The notes under the pieces: model-generated
What the model was told of the DNA's origin: nothing
The model's database searches: none
The model's input: only the letters and a program-made list of their open reading frames with translations
IMG/VR virus record: IMGVR_UViG_3300021091_000011
DNA from: a virus
Taxonomy: Duplodnaviria; Caudoviricetes
Reading direction: 5' to 3' (one strand)
DNA: 64,000 nt
Translations under genes and position numbers: made by a program
Part shown: positions 1 to 10,509 of the stretch, one piece after another
Position numbering within the stretch: the first letter of the stretch is position 1
Layout: the number at the start of each line of letters is the position of its first letter

Positions 1-10
1 CCCAAAGGGC

Positions 11-265
11 TTGGCCGAAGCCGAGGCTGCTTACGAGTGCGAGACTTGCTCGTTCGTCGAGGCTGAATACGCGCGGGCCAATGATAGTGACTTGACGCGC
101 GATGCGCTGGCGTTGCAGAACGCCGCGCTCAAAGCCGAAATCGAAAGCCTGCGTTCGGCTATTCGTAATCTGCGCGTTCTACGGTCGTCGTGTGGTGACT
201 CGAAGGACGGCGACTTTCGCGTGCATCTTTGCGAGCGTGAATTTGACGCCCTCGTTCGGTTTTAG
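11..265 (+). CDS. Hypothetical protein with CxxC and coiled coil, probably 5'-truncated by the window edge
   Basis: Frame is open back to position 2; contains YECETCS and a heptad-like LQNAALKAEIESLR segment. Confidence 0.5.
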   Translation: MAEAEAAYECETCSFVEAEYARANDSDLTRDALALQNAALKAEIESLRSAIRNLRVLRSSCGDSKDGDFRVHLCEREFDALVRF

Positions 266-304
266 CCAAACTTCGCATGACCCGCCTATAATCAGGCGTT
301 AGGC

Positions 305-868
305 ATGAACGACCGTCCAATCGTGTTTCTTGATCTCGACGAAACGCTGATTTCTTCGTTTTCGCCCGTCGAGTTATCCCAAGTCGAGAAACTGCTCGAA
401 AAAGCATGGAATAAGCCGCCGACGACGTTTAATCTCAAGAACGTCGAGCGGAGTCAGATTCGCGTCACGCAGATCAAGAATGCGTTTACGATTGACGACC
501 TCATGGTCATCGTAAGACCGGACGCGCAAGCAGCGATTGATTACCTGAGCACGTTCGCTGAAGTTCATATCTTCACCGCAGCGTCGATGGCCTACGCCAA
601 AGCGATTGTCTCTGGCGTCGGCTTGAAGTTCTCTGAGGGCGAGGGTCGGATTTACTCGCTGAGAGACGAACCCGATATGACGTGGGCTGCTGGCAGGCGT
701 TGGGTTCTAATCGACGATACGCAAGCCTATGCGAAGATCCGAGCGTTGCGCGACTTGGACGTAGACGTTCGCGTGATTCTCGTAGACCCGCTGAATCTCG
801 GAAGCCGTTGCGAGCCGCTTATGATTTATGCGCGTGAGGCCGCTCGCAGACTCGGTATCACGTTTTAA
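305..868 (+). CDS. HAD-superfamily phosphatase, NIF/FCP1-like
   Basis: IVFLDLDETL (DxDxT motif I), VRPDAQAAIDYLSTFAEVHIFTAASMAYA (motif II) and VLIDDT (motif IV). A TATAAT box lies at 287-292. Confidence 0.8.
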   Translation: MNDRPIVFLDLDETLISSFSPVELSQVEKLLEKAWNKPPTTFNLKNVERSQIRVTQIKNAFTIDDLMVIVRPDAQAAIDYLSTFAEVHIFTAASMAYAKAIVSGVGLKFSEGEGRIYSLRDEPDMTWAAGRRWVLIDDTQAYAKIRALRDLDVDVRVILVDPLNLGSRCEPLMIYAREAARRLGITF

Positions 869-3800
869 CGATCTTCGTCGTAGGTCAGCGTCAAGTTGCC
901 GATGGTCGCATATTCCGTCGGCCCTACGTCAATGTCCTTCGTCCCGCTATCTTGCCCTACGACGTAAATCGTGGCGTAAGAATACGCGGTGGGCGACGTG
1001 CCAATCGGCAAAGAAATCAGGACGTGATTCGCCGTCAGTTCAAGCCTGCGCGTTTGAATCGCCGTCGTAGTCACATAGCCCTGCGCGATCAGCGTGGCAT
1101 CGTCTGAGTAGCCCACGATGGAACGCCCTTCGGAGCCGAGGATATAGGCGCGACCAATCGCTACGCCAAGCGCGTTCAAACTCGCCGTGCTTTCGAGTAA
1201 ATCGAGCGCGATTTCGTTTTGGAACACGCCCCTGAAATCCGTCGTCTCGCCGCCACCGTCAACCGTGGCCGAATTCAACGGATTGGTCAGGATATAGACG
1301 TTCGCCGCATTTGTGGACAGCGACGACAAAACCACCGACTCCGTCGCCGTGTCGGTCGAAATGACGTCCCATACGACCGTGCTGCGCTCCGCACGAACCA
1401 TCTTCGTTAAAGGCACCACGACGTAAGAGACACCCACGGTTTGCTCGATGACCGAGATTACGTCCGATTGACGCACCGCGTTATCCAGCCGTAGCGAAGC
1501 AAAGAAGTTGTCGAGATTTGTTCGCAAGGCTTGATCGACGACGACGGGGTCGCGGCCTTTTTGCAGGACCACCGTGGCCGAAAGGTCCAAAGGCGCGGGG
1601 ATCGCCTCTTTCACCAGAACGTCAGCCGTCGCGTGTTTCGAATCATCAATCGCATTTTGCGCCAGCGACACGATCAGATTCGTCGTGTAAGTAACCGTGA
1701 AGTTTTCGTCATGCTGATAGTTGACCAACACGGTCGCACCGGACGGAATCGCGCCCGTCTCGACTCGCGTAATCGAAACAGCGGTCGTCTGCGTGCCGAG
1801 CGTAATCGTAAAATCAGGCAGGCCCGAGGGGTCATTCGGGCCTTTGTATTGCGTCAGGCCGTCTGCGCTGAACACTTCAATCGTGAAGTAGTTAGCACCT
1901 AGATTGTCTAAGAACTCGGCGTATTGACCGATCAGAACGTGCTGTTCGCCCGTAATCGTGACCGCGCTACCAGATGCGCCGCCCGAGATTTGCAGGTAAT
2001 CGCCAGATAAAGTCGAACGGCCATAGTCCAAAGGCGATTTCGGATGATAAAGGCCATAGTTGGCCGCATCGAGTGTGCCTGAAACCGTCCCGACAACCGA
2101 CGTGATGGAAGCGACGGGTTGGCGAGGCAGTACGAACTGCGTGCCTGCTTGCTTGCGATAAGAACCAAGCACGATGTCGGTCAGATCAACCACGGGCTGC
2201 GCGATGGCCGTGTTGAGTTGAATGGTGTTATACGAAAGAATCGTGACGCCCGTGAGGTCGAAGATTTCTCCGGTCGAGACGTTCTTGAACTCGTAGCCCG
2301 CCACAGGCACGTCGAGCATTTCGACAATCGGGTTGATCGCTGAAAGCGACGAATCGACAGCCGTAAAAATCAGGTTAGCCGGATTGCCGACGACTTCAAA
2401 CTGCACATCGTCTGCAATCTCATAGGAGAAGGCGAACGTGTCGGTAATCGTGGCGATGTTGCTTTCGCCCTGTACCCAAACGTCCACCTTGCCGCCTCGA
2501 TGGACGCCGTTTTCGTCCAAGTCCCGAAGCATGAGCGCATCGCCAGCGGCGATGACGATGGCTTTAATCACGCCCGGCACGTCCGCTGCGGTCTGCGTGT
2601 AACCTTGAGCGGTGCCGGAATCGACCGAAGCGAGTCGATTTTGCGCGCGTTCGATTAGCGACAGGTTCGACTCGGTGCCCGAACCGCCGAACATCGGCGC
2701 TGAGTTCGTGACAAGCAAGCCGCCCGAGATTTGCGAGAGCACTTGGCGCACTTGGCCCGTGCCCACGTTGCCCGAAGCACCCGCGCTGGTCGCCCGCACA
2801 GGCACGTTGACACGATAACGGCCCGAAACCGGATCGTAGTATGACGCCAACTGCGCGAAGTCGATGGACGCTGCGCGTGACGTGACAAACTGAACGGAGC
2901 CTGAAAGTACGACGGTGCCCAATGGGATTTGGATCGTAAAGGTCGGGCGACGACTCGTGTAAAACGTCACCTCACCCTGCGCCTGTTGCCCCGCACGACG
3001 CAAAACGCCGAAGTTACTCGCGTAAGCATCGAACGATGAATCAATCAGGTTTTGTACGGCTCCATCGGTCGTCAGATAGAACGCGGCTTTGAGCGCCTGC
3101 TTGTAAGCACTTTGGCTGACAGGAATCGACGTGCCCGATCCCTGCGGGTCGTCCACCTGAAGCAAAAGCGTTGGCGTGCGTGTCCGATACAGAAAGTCCA
3201 TCAAGAACCGAAGCCGCTCGGCCTCGGACGAGAAGGGGTCGATTACCGTGTCCCTTAATACAGACCCCGGCTCGACCTTGATCTGAGGGTTAGAGCGATA
3301 AATCGACGTCACGAAACTTTCGACGATTGATTGCCGCGTCGCCAGCGGGAATGAACCAATCGCCGTAGTAATCGACAACGGACGTGCCACGACCTCTTGC
3401 GATAGCGCGGACTCGTATTCGAGATTAGCCGTCGCGTTGTAGTAGACCGCTAAGACCACATAGTAAAGCGGTGTCTCGGCGGGCAACGACGAGAAACTAC
3501 CAACCCGAATGGTCGGAGGGTCCGAAGTCGGGCCATTTGATCGCCCATGCTCGAAAGAATAGACGGTGAACGTCCGAACGCTCTGAATCGTCGCGGACAT
3601 TCGGATATGCCGGACGGTTTCAGGGATGACAAACCGCGTGTCCAAGTCGGCTTGCAGTAAGTCCCGATTCTCGTTCTCTTGACGAGCCAATACCCTGAAA
3701 TACTGCGGGTCCGACAAAGGCACGTCGTTCCCATCGACGGCGACGTTCGTATCCAGATCGATTTCGCCAAACGTCGCCGTTTCCTGTTGGCCCGCACCCT

Positions 3801-4302
3801 GAGTGATCAGGTTCAGGTTGATCTTCGTGTAACCACTCGCGCCACCACCAGATTCGGTGGAGGCGTAGAAGTTCATGCCACGAAAACCAAGTGACGCACT
3901 CGGCTCGGCTTCAATGTCCACCACGGCGTTTTTTTGCGTGACGCGCACATTGGTCGGCGCGGTGGCAATCACCACGTCCGCATCGCTAACCAACCGAATC
4001 GTCGCCGTCGCAGGAGGCGTGGCTACGCCAGAGGGATTGATTGCCCGCACCGAGATCGTGTTCGCGCCGGACAACAAAACCAAGCCGTCCGGCTCATACG
4101 CAGGATTCGGCACCGTGAATACGCCGTCACCCCATAAGGCCAACGACGGATCAGACGAATAGCCGGACCCATTGACGGACACCTGAAAGTCAACGGCGTC
4201 GTCGGGCAGCGTGCCTTGTATGAATCGGCGCGCAAATGTAGTGCTGAACGCGAGCGTTTCCCGCGCCACACCATCAGGTCCGGTAATCGTAACGAGCGGC
4301 AT
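865..4302 (-). CDS. Baseplate J-like wedge protein, extended (1145 aa)
   Basis: FDAYASNFGVLRRAGQQAQGEVTF, VRATSAGASGNVGTGQ, VTNSAPMFGGSGTESNLSLIERAQNRL and GGKVDVWVQG are typical baseplate-J segments. The N-terminal region is beta-rich and Ig/FN3-like. Confidence 0.85.
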   Translation of the reverse strand: MPLVTITGPDGVARETLAFSTTFARRFIQGTLPDDAVDFQVSVNGSGYSSDPSLALWGDGVFTVPNPAYEPDGLVLLSGANTISVRAINPSGVATPPATATIRLVSDADVVIATAPTNVRVTQKNAVVDIEAEPSASLGFRGMNFYASTESGGGASGYTKINLNLITQGAGQQETATFGEIDLDTNVAVDGNDVPLSDPQYFRVLARQENENRDLLQADLDTRFVIPETVRHIRMSATIQSVRTFTVYSFEHGRSNGPTSDPPTIRVGSFSSLPAETPLYYVVLAVYYNATANLEYESALSQEVVARPLSITTAIGSFPLATRQSIVESFVTSIYRSNPQIKVEPGSVLRDTVIDPFSSEAERLRFLMDFLYRTRTPTLLLQVDDPQGSGTSIPVSQSAYKQALKAAFYLTTDGAVQNLIDSSFDAYASNFGVLRRAGQQAQGEVTFYTSRRPTFTIQIPLGTVVLSGSVQFVTSRAASIDFAQLASYYDPVSGRYRVNVPVRATSAGASGNVGTGQVRQVLSQISGGLLVTNSAPMFGGSGTESNLSLIERAQNRLASVDSGTAQGYTQTAADVPGVIKAIVIAAGDALMLRDLDENGVHRGGKVDVWVQGESNIATITDTFAFSYEIADDVQFEVVGNPANLIFTAVDSSLSAINPIVEMLDVPVAGYEFKNVSTGEIFDLTGVTILSYNTIQLNTAIAQPVVDLTDIVLGSYRKQAGTQFVLPRQPVASITSVVGTVSGTLDAANYGLYHPKSPLDYGRSTLSGDYLQISGGASGSAVTITGEQHVLIGQYAEFLDNLGANYFTIEVFSADGLTQYKGPNDPSGLPDFTITLGTQTTAVSITRVETGAIPSGATVLVNYQHDENFTVTYTTNLIVSLAQNAIDDSKHATADVLVKEAIPAPLDLSATVVLQKGRDPVVVDQALRTNLDNFFASLRLDNAVRQSDVISVIEQTVGVSYVVVPLTKMVRAERSTVVWDVISTDTATESVVLSSLSTNAANVYILTNPLNSATVDGGGETTDFRGVFQNEIALDLLESTASLNALGVAIGRAYILGSEGRSIVGYSDDATLIAQGYVTTTAIQTRRLELTANHVLISLPIGTSPTAYSYATIYVVGQDSGTKDIDVGPTEYATIGNLTLTYDEDR

Positions 4303-4502
4303 TAGCCTTCCTCGGGGTCAACGCCTAGTTTCATCGACGAGGTTTCTACGACCGCATCAATGGCGTCTAACGCTTTGACAAACATCGAGAGTTTCTGCTT
4401 GAACTCAGGATCAAACCGAGAAAAGTCCTCTAAGTCAGACTTCAAGCGTGCGATTGCGAGCGTCATGCCGATAAGTTTTTGTGCTTTGACTTTGTCGTTC
4501 AT
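4302..4502 (-). CDS. Hypothetical protein
   Basis: 66-aa ORF overlapping both neighbouring baseplate genes by 1-4 nt. Confidence 0.6.
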   Translation of the reverse strand: MNDKVKAQKLIGMTLAIARLKSDLEDFSRFDPEFKQKLSMFVKALDAIDAVVETSSMKLGVDPEEG

Positions 4503-5641
4503 TTGACCGCCGTAGGTTGAATACCTAGACTAAGACCGTTGGTGCCTTTAAGAGCAACAACACCCGGAACCGTAAACACGATGTTCAGCGTAACGGGCTG
4601 ATTGGATGCGTTTCGCACGGTGACCTGCGCCCTAAACACCGTGGGATCATTCGGATCGATTTGCACCTGCACGTTGCTAATCGAGTATAGCCGTTCTTCG
4701 GGCGTCACCGCCTGATATTTCGACTGCGCCGACTGAAGCGACTTCACCTTTTCCAACGCGGTCTGAATATCCAAGCGCACGAGCGTCTGCGTCGGCGTAA
4801 GTGCCTTCGCGCCAATGCGCGTCGTGACTTCAGAGCCGTAGGTCGGATGATAAGGGTTCGATCCAAGCACCGTCAGGATCGCCTTCAGGCAAGCCTGATA
4901 GAGTAGGTTCTCGTTCTCAATCAGGGTCATATCCCCCTGAATGTCGAACCGATAATCGTTCTCGACGTAAGTACCACCACAACGCGGGCATCTTTCGGAA
5001 GGTGCAGCGTAGGTCACTTTGATTGTCGGGTTGCCAACCAAAGGCCGCACGAACTTCACCCGCCGCGAAGGTACGGGGAATACGCCCGCAGGCAACTCGG
5101 TAGGCAGCACGTCGTAGTAGGTGACTAACTGCCAAGCGGGGTAAATCTCTTTGCCCCTCGCGCCCAACTGCTCAAAACCTAACGCCGCTGCGCCACCACC
5201 GGAGATACGGATGAACGATTCCGTGCTCGGTTCACCGTTGTCCAAGATGGACAGAACACCGTCGGTGTCGTCCACGAGCACGAAATCAGTCTCAAGCCGA
5301 ATCGTTTGCACGATGCGGTTGATGCTGACCTGATCGCCCTCGGGCAGCGTAATAAACACCGTCCCTCGGCGGGTTGTGATGTTCAGAAGATTGCCGTTCG
5401 CACCAATGGGCGGCACGCAACGCTGAATCTTATACGGCCCACGCTTACTCGACGTAAGCGTGGCAATCGAAAACAAACCGCTAGACGGAATGTAGTCCTT
5501 GTCGTTGACGAGGATAAATACCGAATCGGTTGATGCGATTGAAGTCGTGGTGACCAGCGTTTGACGATCATCAGAAATCGTCACGGGTTCTTCCACGATT
5601 AAGTGCGGGCAACGATGCCCTATTTGTGGTTCGCGGCTCAT
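4499..5641 (-). CDS. Baseplate wedge protein with C-terminal gp25/GPW-like domain
   Basis: C-terminal LLYQACLKAILTVLGSNPYHPTYGSEV...ERLYSISNVQVQIDPNDPTVFRAQVTV matches the gp25/GPW pattern. A CPRCGG knuckle and baseplate context support the call. Confidence 0.75.
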   Translation of the reverse strand: MSREPQIGHRCPHLIVEEPVTISDDRQTLVTTTSIASTDSVFILVNDKDYIPSSGLFSIATLTSSKRGPYKIQRCVPPIGANGNLLNITTRRGTVFITLPEGDQVSINRIVQTIRLETDFVLVDDTDGVLSILDNGEPSTESFIRISGGGAAALGFEQLGARGKEIYPAWQLVTYYDVLPTELPAGVFPVPSRRVKFVRPLVGNPTIKVTYAAPSERCPRCGGTYVENDYRFDIQGDMTLIENENLLYQACLKAILTVLGSNPYHPTYGSEVTTRIGAKALTPTQTLVRLDIQTALEKVKSLQSAQSKYQAVTPEERLYSISNVQVQIDPNDPTVFRAQVTVRNASNQPVTLNIVFTVPGVVALKGTNGLSLGIQPTAVK

Positions 5642-5657
5642 TCTAGCCTTATGGCTA

Positions 5658-5671
5658 GATAGCCGCGTTAG
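5658..5671 (-). promoter_or_regulatory. Putative late-promoter motif CTAACGCGGCTATC
   Basis: One of five close copies, all on the minus strand 15-40 nt upstream of a start codon. Followed by hairpin 5642-5659. Confidence 0.6.
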
Positions 5672-5675
5672 CGGC

Positions 5676-7109
5676 TCAAGCGGGCAGCGTGATTGTGACC
5701 GATGCGCCCAATGACTTGAGTGTGCGGAGCGTGCTTTCCAGATTCACCGCCTCGGTCGTTGGACGATTCTCGGCTAGAGCCTTGACCTGCGATGAAAGCG
5801 CCTTGACCTGCTCGGCCAATGTCGTGATGTGCGTTTGCAGGTTGCCCATTGCCACAACCGCCTGCCGCTGCTCGTTCTGAATCGTGTTCACCCAATCCTT
5901 GAGATTGGCGTAATCCTGCGCGGCCTTCTTGAAACGCTCTTCAAAAAAGAGGTTGCCCTTGTTGTTCGCGGCGGGTGCTTGGCTCAAATCACGAAGCAAA
6001 GCCTCAAACCGCGTGATTGAAGCGTTCGCAGAGGCCAAGCCCTTGTCGAGAAGATCGACACGCTTGGTTACGTTCACCGCTTCCTCAAGCCGAATCGAAA
6101 TGTCCAGAATCTCGTCTTGAACCGTCTTGAGAATCTTGCCCTCAACCGCTTCGAACGCCGAAGCCTCGACCGCAGGAGCCGCTGCAACCGCGACGGCGGG
6201 CTTGCTGCGGTTTTGCAGCATGGTCATCTCGAAACCAAAGGCGTCACGGTACTTGGCGAACGCCCTCGGGTCGGCCTGCTTACCGTCAGACAACTCGTGA
6301 TAAGCGTTGTTCACGATGGACGTGCGCTTGGGCCGATCTTCGGCCAGAAGCCACATATAGAAGGAAAGGAACGCATTGGTGTGCCCCTTCAATGAATCGA
6401 CGGCGGGGAGCATCGGGCTCGGGAAGAAACTTCCGTTACCCGCGTCACCGCTCATAAACGCATTACGGATCACCACACGCTCCGCAGGCTTCAGGCTCAA
6501 AACCTTGAAACCCGCCATGTAGAACGTATTGAAAACGGCCCGCTGTATATCTTCGTTCGGGTTCAACTTATTGAAGAACCCCACGAAATTCGCCTCGGGC
6601 GGCAAAGCCTTACCATCAAAGGCAGTCATGCAGCGGTACAAGAATCGTGCGGGCAACTTGCTGTACGAACTGAGCAACTGCTTGACGAAACTGTTGGGCT
6701 TGCCGCTGATTACGGCGTCTGCAATCGCGGCGTTCTCGTCTACTTCGATTTGCATTGGCTTCGATACATCAAAGGTATTGGTTTCCATCGTGAACTCGTG
6801 GATGTGCTTGTTGTTCATCGCGTTAATCGCCATGCGGATACCAGACAGACCGTTCTCGGCCACGATGGGGATACGCCGAGCCTTGGCGTGATTACGCGCC
6901 CGCTCAAGACCGCCATGCGACGAGGACAGGTGCCTGAGCACCATGACGTCAATATCTTGTGGAAACTCGACGGGAGACGAACCCAACAAACGGATTGTGT
7001 GACCGTCTTGCTCAAGCGCAGCGGCGTGGTTCTTAGCGTGGTCAGGCTTGGAGACTATTCCGATAATCATTCGTGATGCGCTTCCTTTCAACAAGGTCAT
7101 ACGCAGCAC
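5676..7109 (-). CDS. DUF2325-like N-terminal domain plus C-terminal coiled coil
   Basis: FPQDIDVMVLRHLSSSHGGLERARNHAKARRIPIV resembles DUF2325. The last ~170 aa show heptad repeats. Confidence 0.55.
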   Translation of the reverse strand: MLRMTLLKGSASRMIIGIVSKPDHAKNHAAALEQDGHTIRLLGSSPVEFPQDIDVMVLRHLSSSHGGLERARNHAKARRIPIVAENGLSGIRMAINAMNNKHIHEFTMETNTFDVSKPMQIEVDENAAIADAVISGKPNSFVKQLLSSYSKLPARFLYRCMTAFDGKALPPEANFVGFFNKLNPNEDIQRAVFNTFYMAGFKVLSLKPAERVVIRNAFMSGDAGNGSFFPSPMLPAVDSLKGHTNAFLSFYMWLLAEDRPKRTSIVNNAYHELSDGKQADPRAFAKYRDAFGFEMTMLQNRSKPAVAVAAAPAVEASAFEAVEGKILKTVQDEILDISIRLEEAVNVTKRVDLLDKGLASANASITRFEALLRDLSQAPAANNKGNLFFEERFKKAAQDYANLKDWVNTIQNEQRQAVVAMGNLQTHITTLAEQVKALSSQVKALAENRPTTEAVNLESTLRTLKSLGASVTITLPA

Positions 7110-7117
7110 GAACCGGA

Positions 7118-8008
7118 CTACACCCCCCTAAAACTCTGAGCCGCACTTTTCACCGAAGCAATCGCCCTTTCGAGCATGAACGGCCTGCACTTGCCCCTAT
7201 AAAACCTTTCGAGGTCGCTTTTCTTGTAGCCCATCGCCATACGCGCGGCGACTTCTTTTGTTAAACTTGCGTCCGCTTGCGTGTCGCTTGCCAACGCTAA
7301 TGCTTTATCTACAAGCGCGTTGAATGCAAAACCTATTTCAGCATTTTCAAATGAATTATGCACTACCATATTCGTAGAAGCGGCGTCGATTGGCTCGCCG
7401 TCTGAGTTATAAATGCCGATTTGCTCAGACGATCCAATACGACCCCATTTACGATGGTAATTGCCCAACACGCATTTAATGATTAAATGGACGTAATGAC
7501 CAAAAGTCGATTTCGACGCATCAAAAGGGCACGTCCCTTTGTTGCGAACCAAGATGCCCTTGTAGACCTCTTGCAGTACGTCTTCAGGGTTATAACCGTA
7601 TCGAACGCATGATCGCGCAAAGCCCGCGTAGAACAACTTGGCGACCTCATGCCCACGCTTGGTCAAATCAATGCCACGCTCGGGCTCGTGAATCGAAAGC
7701 GCGTTGCTCGTCTTGAGGCGAGGCTTTCGTTCGGCAATCGACAAAGGGCTGAACAACGTCAGCGTGTCCAAGCCGCTTGCCGGATTCGAAATCTTGAAAT
7801 AGCGCGCAAACCCAATCTTAGGGTCACGCGCCTCTGGTCCAGGCTGCGGATTGCGATTGGTAATCGCAATCAACGTCTTGCGCGCCGAAGGGTACTGCAT
7901 CGAACCCGTCGGCCAATCGACCTCAAACAAGCCCGAGTCCAACTTTCGGACACGGTGCCCGCCATGAACGATGCGCGCAAAATACGTCTCGACCTGCATC
8001 AGCATCAC
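7118..8008 (-). CDS. Phage-encoded sigma-70 family (ECF-like) sigma factor
   Basis: EDVLQEVYKGILVRNKGTCPFDASKSTFGHYVHLIIKCVLGNYHRK resembles region 2 (D..QE...FD..K..F..Y....I.....NY.R). VAARMAMGYKKSDL resembles a region-4 HTH. Confidence 0.7.
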   Translation of the reverse strand: MMLMQVETYFARIVHGGHRVRKLDSGLFEVDWPTGSMQYPSARKTLIAITNRNPQPGPEARDPKIGFARYFKISNPASGLDTLTLFSPLSIAERKPRLKTSNALSIHEPERGIDLTKRGHEVAKLFYAGFARSCVRYGYNPEDVLQEVYKGILVRNKGTCPFDASKSTFGHYVHLIIKCVLGNYHRKWGRIGSSEQIGIYNSDGEPIDAASTNMVVHNSFENAEIGFAFNALVDKALALASDTQADASLTKEVAARMAMGYKKSDLERFYRGKCRPFMLERAIASVKSAAQSFRGV

Positions 8009-8099
8009 CGCCCTTCACGTTGCAGGCGGGGATACTAACTACACTTGGCACCGATGTAACCCAAAAAGTTACATGGCGTTGCGTTTTTTCCTACGAGAC

Positions 8100-10502
8100 T
8101 CAGTAGACCAAGAAGTTTGCCACGCCAAGAGTGCCGATGGTATTGAATCGCTTACCTGTAAAAGCGTCGATCACTCCATCGGTTAGCACAGCACCAGCGT
8201 TTGCAGTACGAACATTGGCGAGTAATGAACCTAATGGCGCACTTAGCGTGATGTTTCCAAGCAAAGACTCGACTTGGAAACGTCTTAGCGCACGCTGCTC
8301 GATTTCTCCGGTGTCCGCGATGATTGAAATATCCCCGAGATTAGTTTTGAGTTTTATATTGCTGAAACCGAGCGGTGAACTAATCTCAAGACCCGCTTCT
8401 GCGCCTGTAAAACCCGAAATCAATCTAATACCGTCTGCTGCACCCGCTTTGTCGAACGCATTAGCCGGAAAATCAGGCATATTTAACGCGGCCACACCAA
8501 GCGCAAGACCTAACGCACTATGCGTGCTCACATTGAAACTGCCAAAACTCACGTCATGGTCGAATCGGCCCAAGCCGATGTATGATTTCTGCCCGCCAAA
8601 AGGCGCGGCCCATTGATCCACGGTGCCACCAATCGCCCCCGTCGCAGGACTGCCCGTGAACGTCGTGGTTCGAGCCGCCTTCAAACTAAAAGCACCGCCA
8701 CCGTAAGCATATTCAGCATTTCCGGAAACACTTACATTCAAGTTGCTCGTGTTCACGCTCATCGCGTCGCCTGAGTTTAACGCGAGGCTCTGATTCGCCG
8801 TGGAAGTAATGCTTTGGGCGTTGTTTAGTAAAATCTCCGGCGCTTGTATGTTTGCGAGCGTCGTCGCATTTAGTTTGATGCCCGCAGCACTTGTCACACG
8901 CACACCAAACACGCCCGCATCGGGACCGCCCGTTTCAGCACCACCGCCTGAAATCGTGACCGCGCCACTACTTGAGGTAATCTCGATGCCCACGTTGTCC
9001 GTCACTCGCGGACGTGCGACGTTGATCAACGAAACCGTGCCGTCACCACGCACGGTCAAACTCTGGCCGTCTTCGTCCGTGCCGAGTCGCATCTCACGAC
9101 CAACGGCGTGATACTCCTGATTCGACTTCGACCCCTTGCCAGGAAAATAAGACTTGAACACGCCACCCTTCGTGATCGCCATGAAAGCGTCCGGCGCTTT
9201 CAAGTCCACGGGGTTCTTCACGCGCACCAGAAAAGCCGCATGGTCCGTCTCGGGGTCATCGTCCTCGGCAGGCACGATGGATGCCGACACTTGGCCGTCT
9301 TTCGTGAAGACCTGCGGCTTCAACGGACGCGCGTAAGAACCACGGTCACCCGTCGGGTCATTACCAATCGCCGTGCCCAAAACGAACTCGACCATCGGCG
9401 CGTTTGGCGACCGATTCGTAGCGTCGATCTGCTCATCGCCGAGCGGCGTGTTGGGAAGCAAACGATCAATATCGAGGCCGTCGGTTTGCTCGCTGACGGG
9501 CAGCGTGCCGTCAGTTGTATGTGCGACCTCAATGCGGTATTCGGAGTAGGTTTGGCCCGTCGGACCCTGCGTCACCCGCTGATACGGCTTGCCGCCGTAC
9601 ACGATTTCGGGGACGACCTTATCATCATATACGTTATTGTCTTGGTCGATGAACAGCCCCCGCTTCAGAACATCTCGGGGGTCAACGTGATTCGGGATGT
9701 TCGGCAGGTTGACGAAAACCGTATTGACCTCTAACCCACCGCTATTCGTGTTCTCCAACATGGACGGCTCAAGCGGAACGCCGTTTGCGTCCACTTGACG
9801 ATCCCCATCCCAAAATATGCCGTCGGAAATCATCTGCGTCGGCAAAAAGGCCGCGTCACGTTGCACCATGCCGCCGTAGACACGAAAACCCGCGCCAGCA
9901 TGAAACTGTTGAAGCGACCTCACTACAAGGGCTTGGTCTTGATCGCGCAGGGTGATCTCATTGCCACGTCGATTGGCAAGCGTCACCGATTCGTCCAAAA
10001 GCATATCGGCACCTTGCGCCGAAGATGCCGCGACGTTGCCCGCTTCTAGCAGCATGGACTTGTGCCGTCGACGCCCCACGATGCCCTTTAGGTTCTCCTG
10101 AACCTCGGGCGTCATCGCTAAGGCGTCTTGAGCGGTGAACTGCGTGATGAGCCAATCATAACCCTTCGCCACGCCCGGAATCACCCACGCTACAATCAAA
10201 GGCGTGCGGGTACGTCCTGATTCTTGATGCGTGTAACCAATCACCGCGATATCCGCAGGCTCGGGCAACGCGCCCAAGAAATGCCGCGCACCGCCCGCCG
10301 CGAATGGGATTAGCACGTCACGGTAAATCGCGGATTGTCCGGTAAGCGACATCAAATCTACAACACGCTTTCGCGGATCTACGCGAAGCACTTTAGCAAA
10401 CGCTAAAGGGAACGAGTTGCCGTCTTTGTTCGACGCATTTGGCTCAAGCGCGTGTTCAGATGAGAGGTCTTGACGAATCTTCGCATTAGAAATCTTAGTC
10501 AT
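8100..10502 (-). CDS. Baseplate central spike (gp5/gpV/VgrG-like)
   Basis: N-terminal OB-fold-like FAKVLRVDPRKRVVDL...FLGALPEPADIAVIGY and a Gly/Ser/Thr-rich beta-strand C-terminus. Lies next to the hub gene. Confidence 0.7.
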   Translation of the reverse strand: MTKISNAKIRQDLSSEHALEPNASNKDGNSFPLAFAKVLRVDPRKRVVDLMSLTGQSAIYRDVLIPFAAGGARHFLGALPEPADIAVIGYTHQESGRTRTPLIVAWVIPGVAKGYDWLITQFTAQDALAMTPEVQENLKGIVGRRRHKSMLLEAGNVAASSAQGADMLLDESVTLANRRGNEITLRDQDQALVVRSLQQFHAGAGFRVYGGMVQRDAAFLPTQMISDGIFWDGDRQVDANGVPLEPSMLENTNSGGLEVNTVFVNLPNIPNHVDPRDVLKRGLFIDQDNNVYDDKVVPEIVYGGKPYQRVTQGPTGQTYSEYRIEVAHTTDGTLPVSEQTDGLDIDRLLPNTPLGDEQIDATNRSPNAPMVEFVLGTAIGNDPTGDRGSYARPLKPQVFTKDGQVSASIVPAEDDDPETDHAAFLVRVKNPVDLKAPDAFMAITKGGVFKSYFPGKGSKSNQEYHAVGREMRLGTDEDGQSLTVRGDGTVSLINVARPRVTDNVGIEITSSSGAVTISGGGAETGGPDAGVFGVRVTSAAGIKLNATTLANIQAPEILLNNAQSITSTANQSLALNSGDAMSVNTSNLNVSVSGNAEYAYGGGAFSLKAARTTTFTGSPATGAIGGTVDQWAAPFGGQKSYIGLGRFDHDVSFGSFNVSTHSALGLALGVAALNMPDFPANAFDKAGAADGIRLISGFTGAEAGLEISSPLGFSNIKLKTNLGDISIIADTGEIEQRALRRFQVESLLGNITLSAPLGSLLANVRTANAGAVLTDGVIDAFTGKRFNTIGTLGVANFLVY

Positions 10503-10509
10503 TGGCCCC

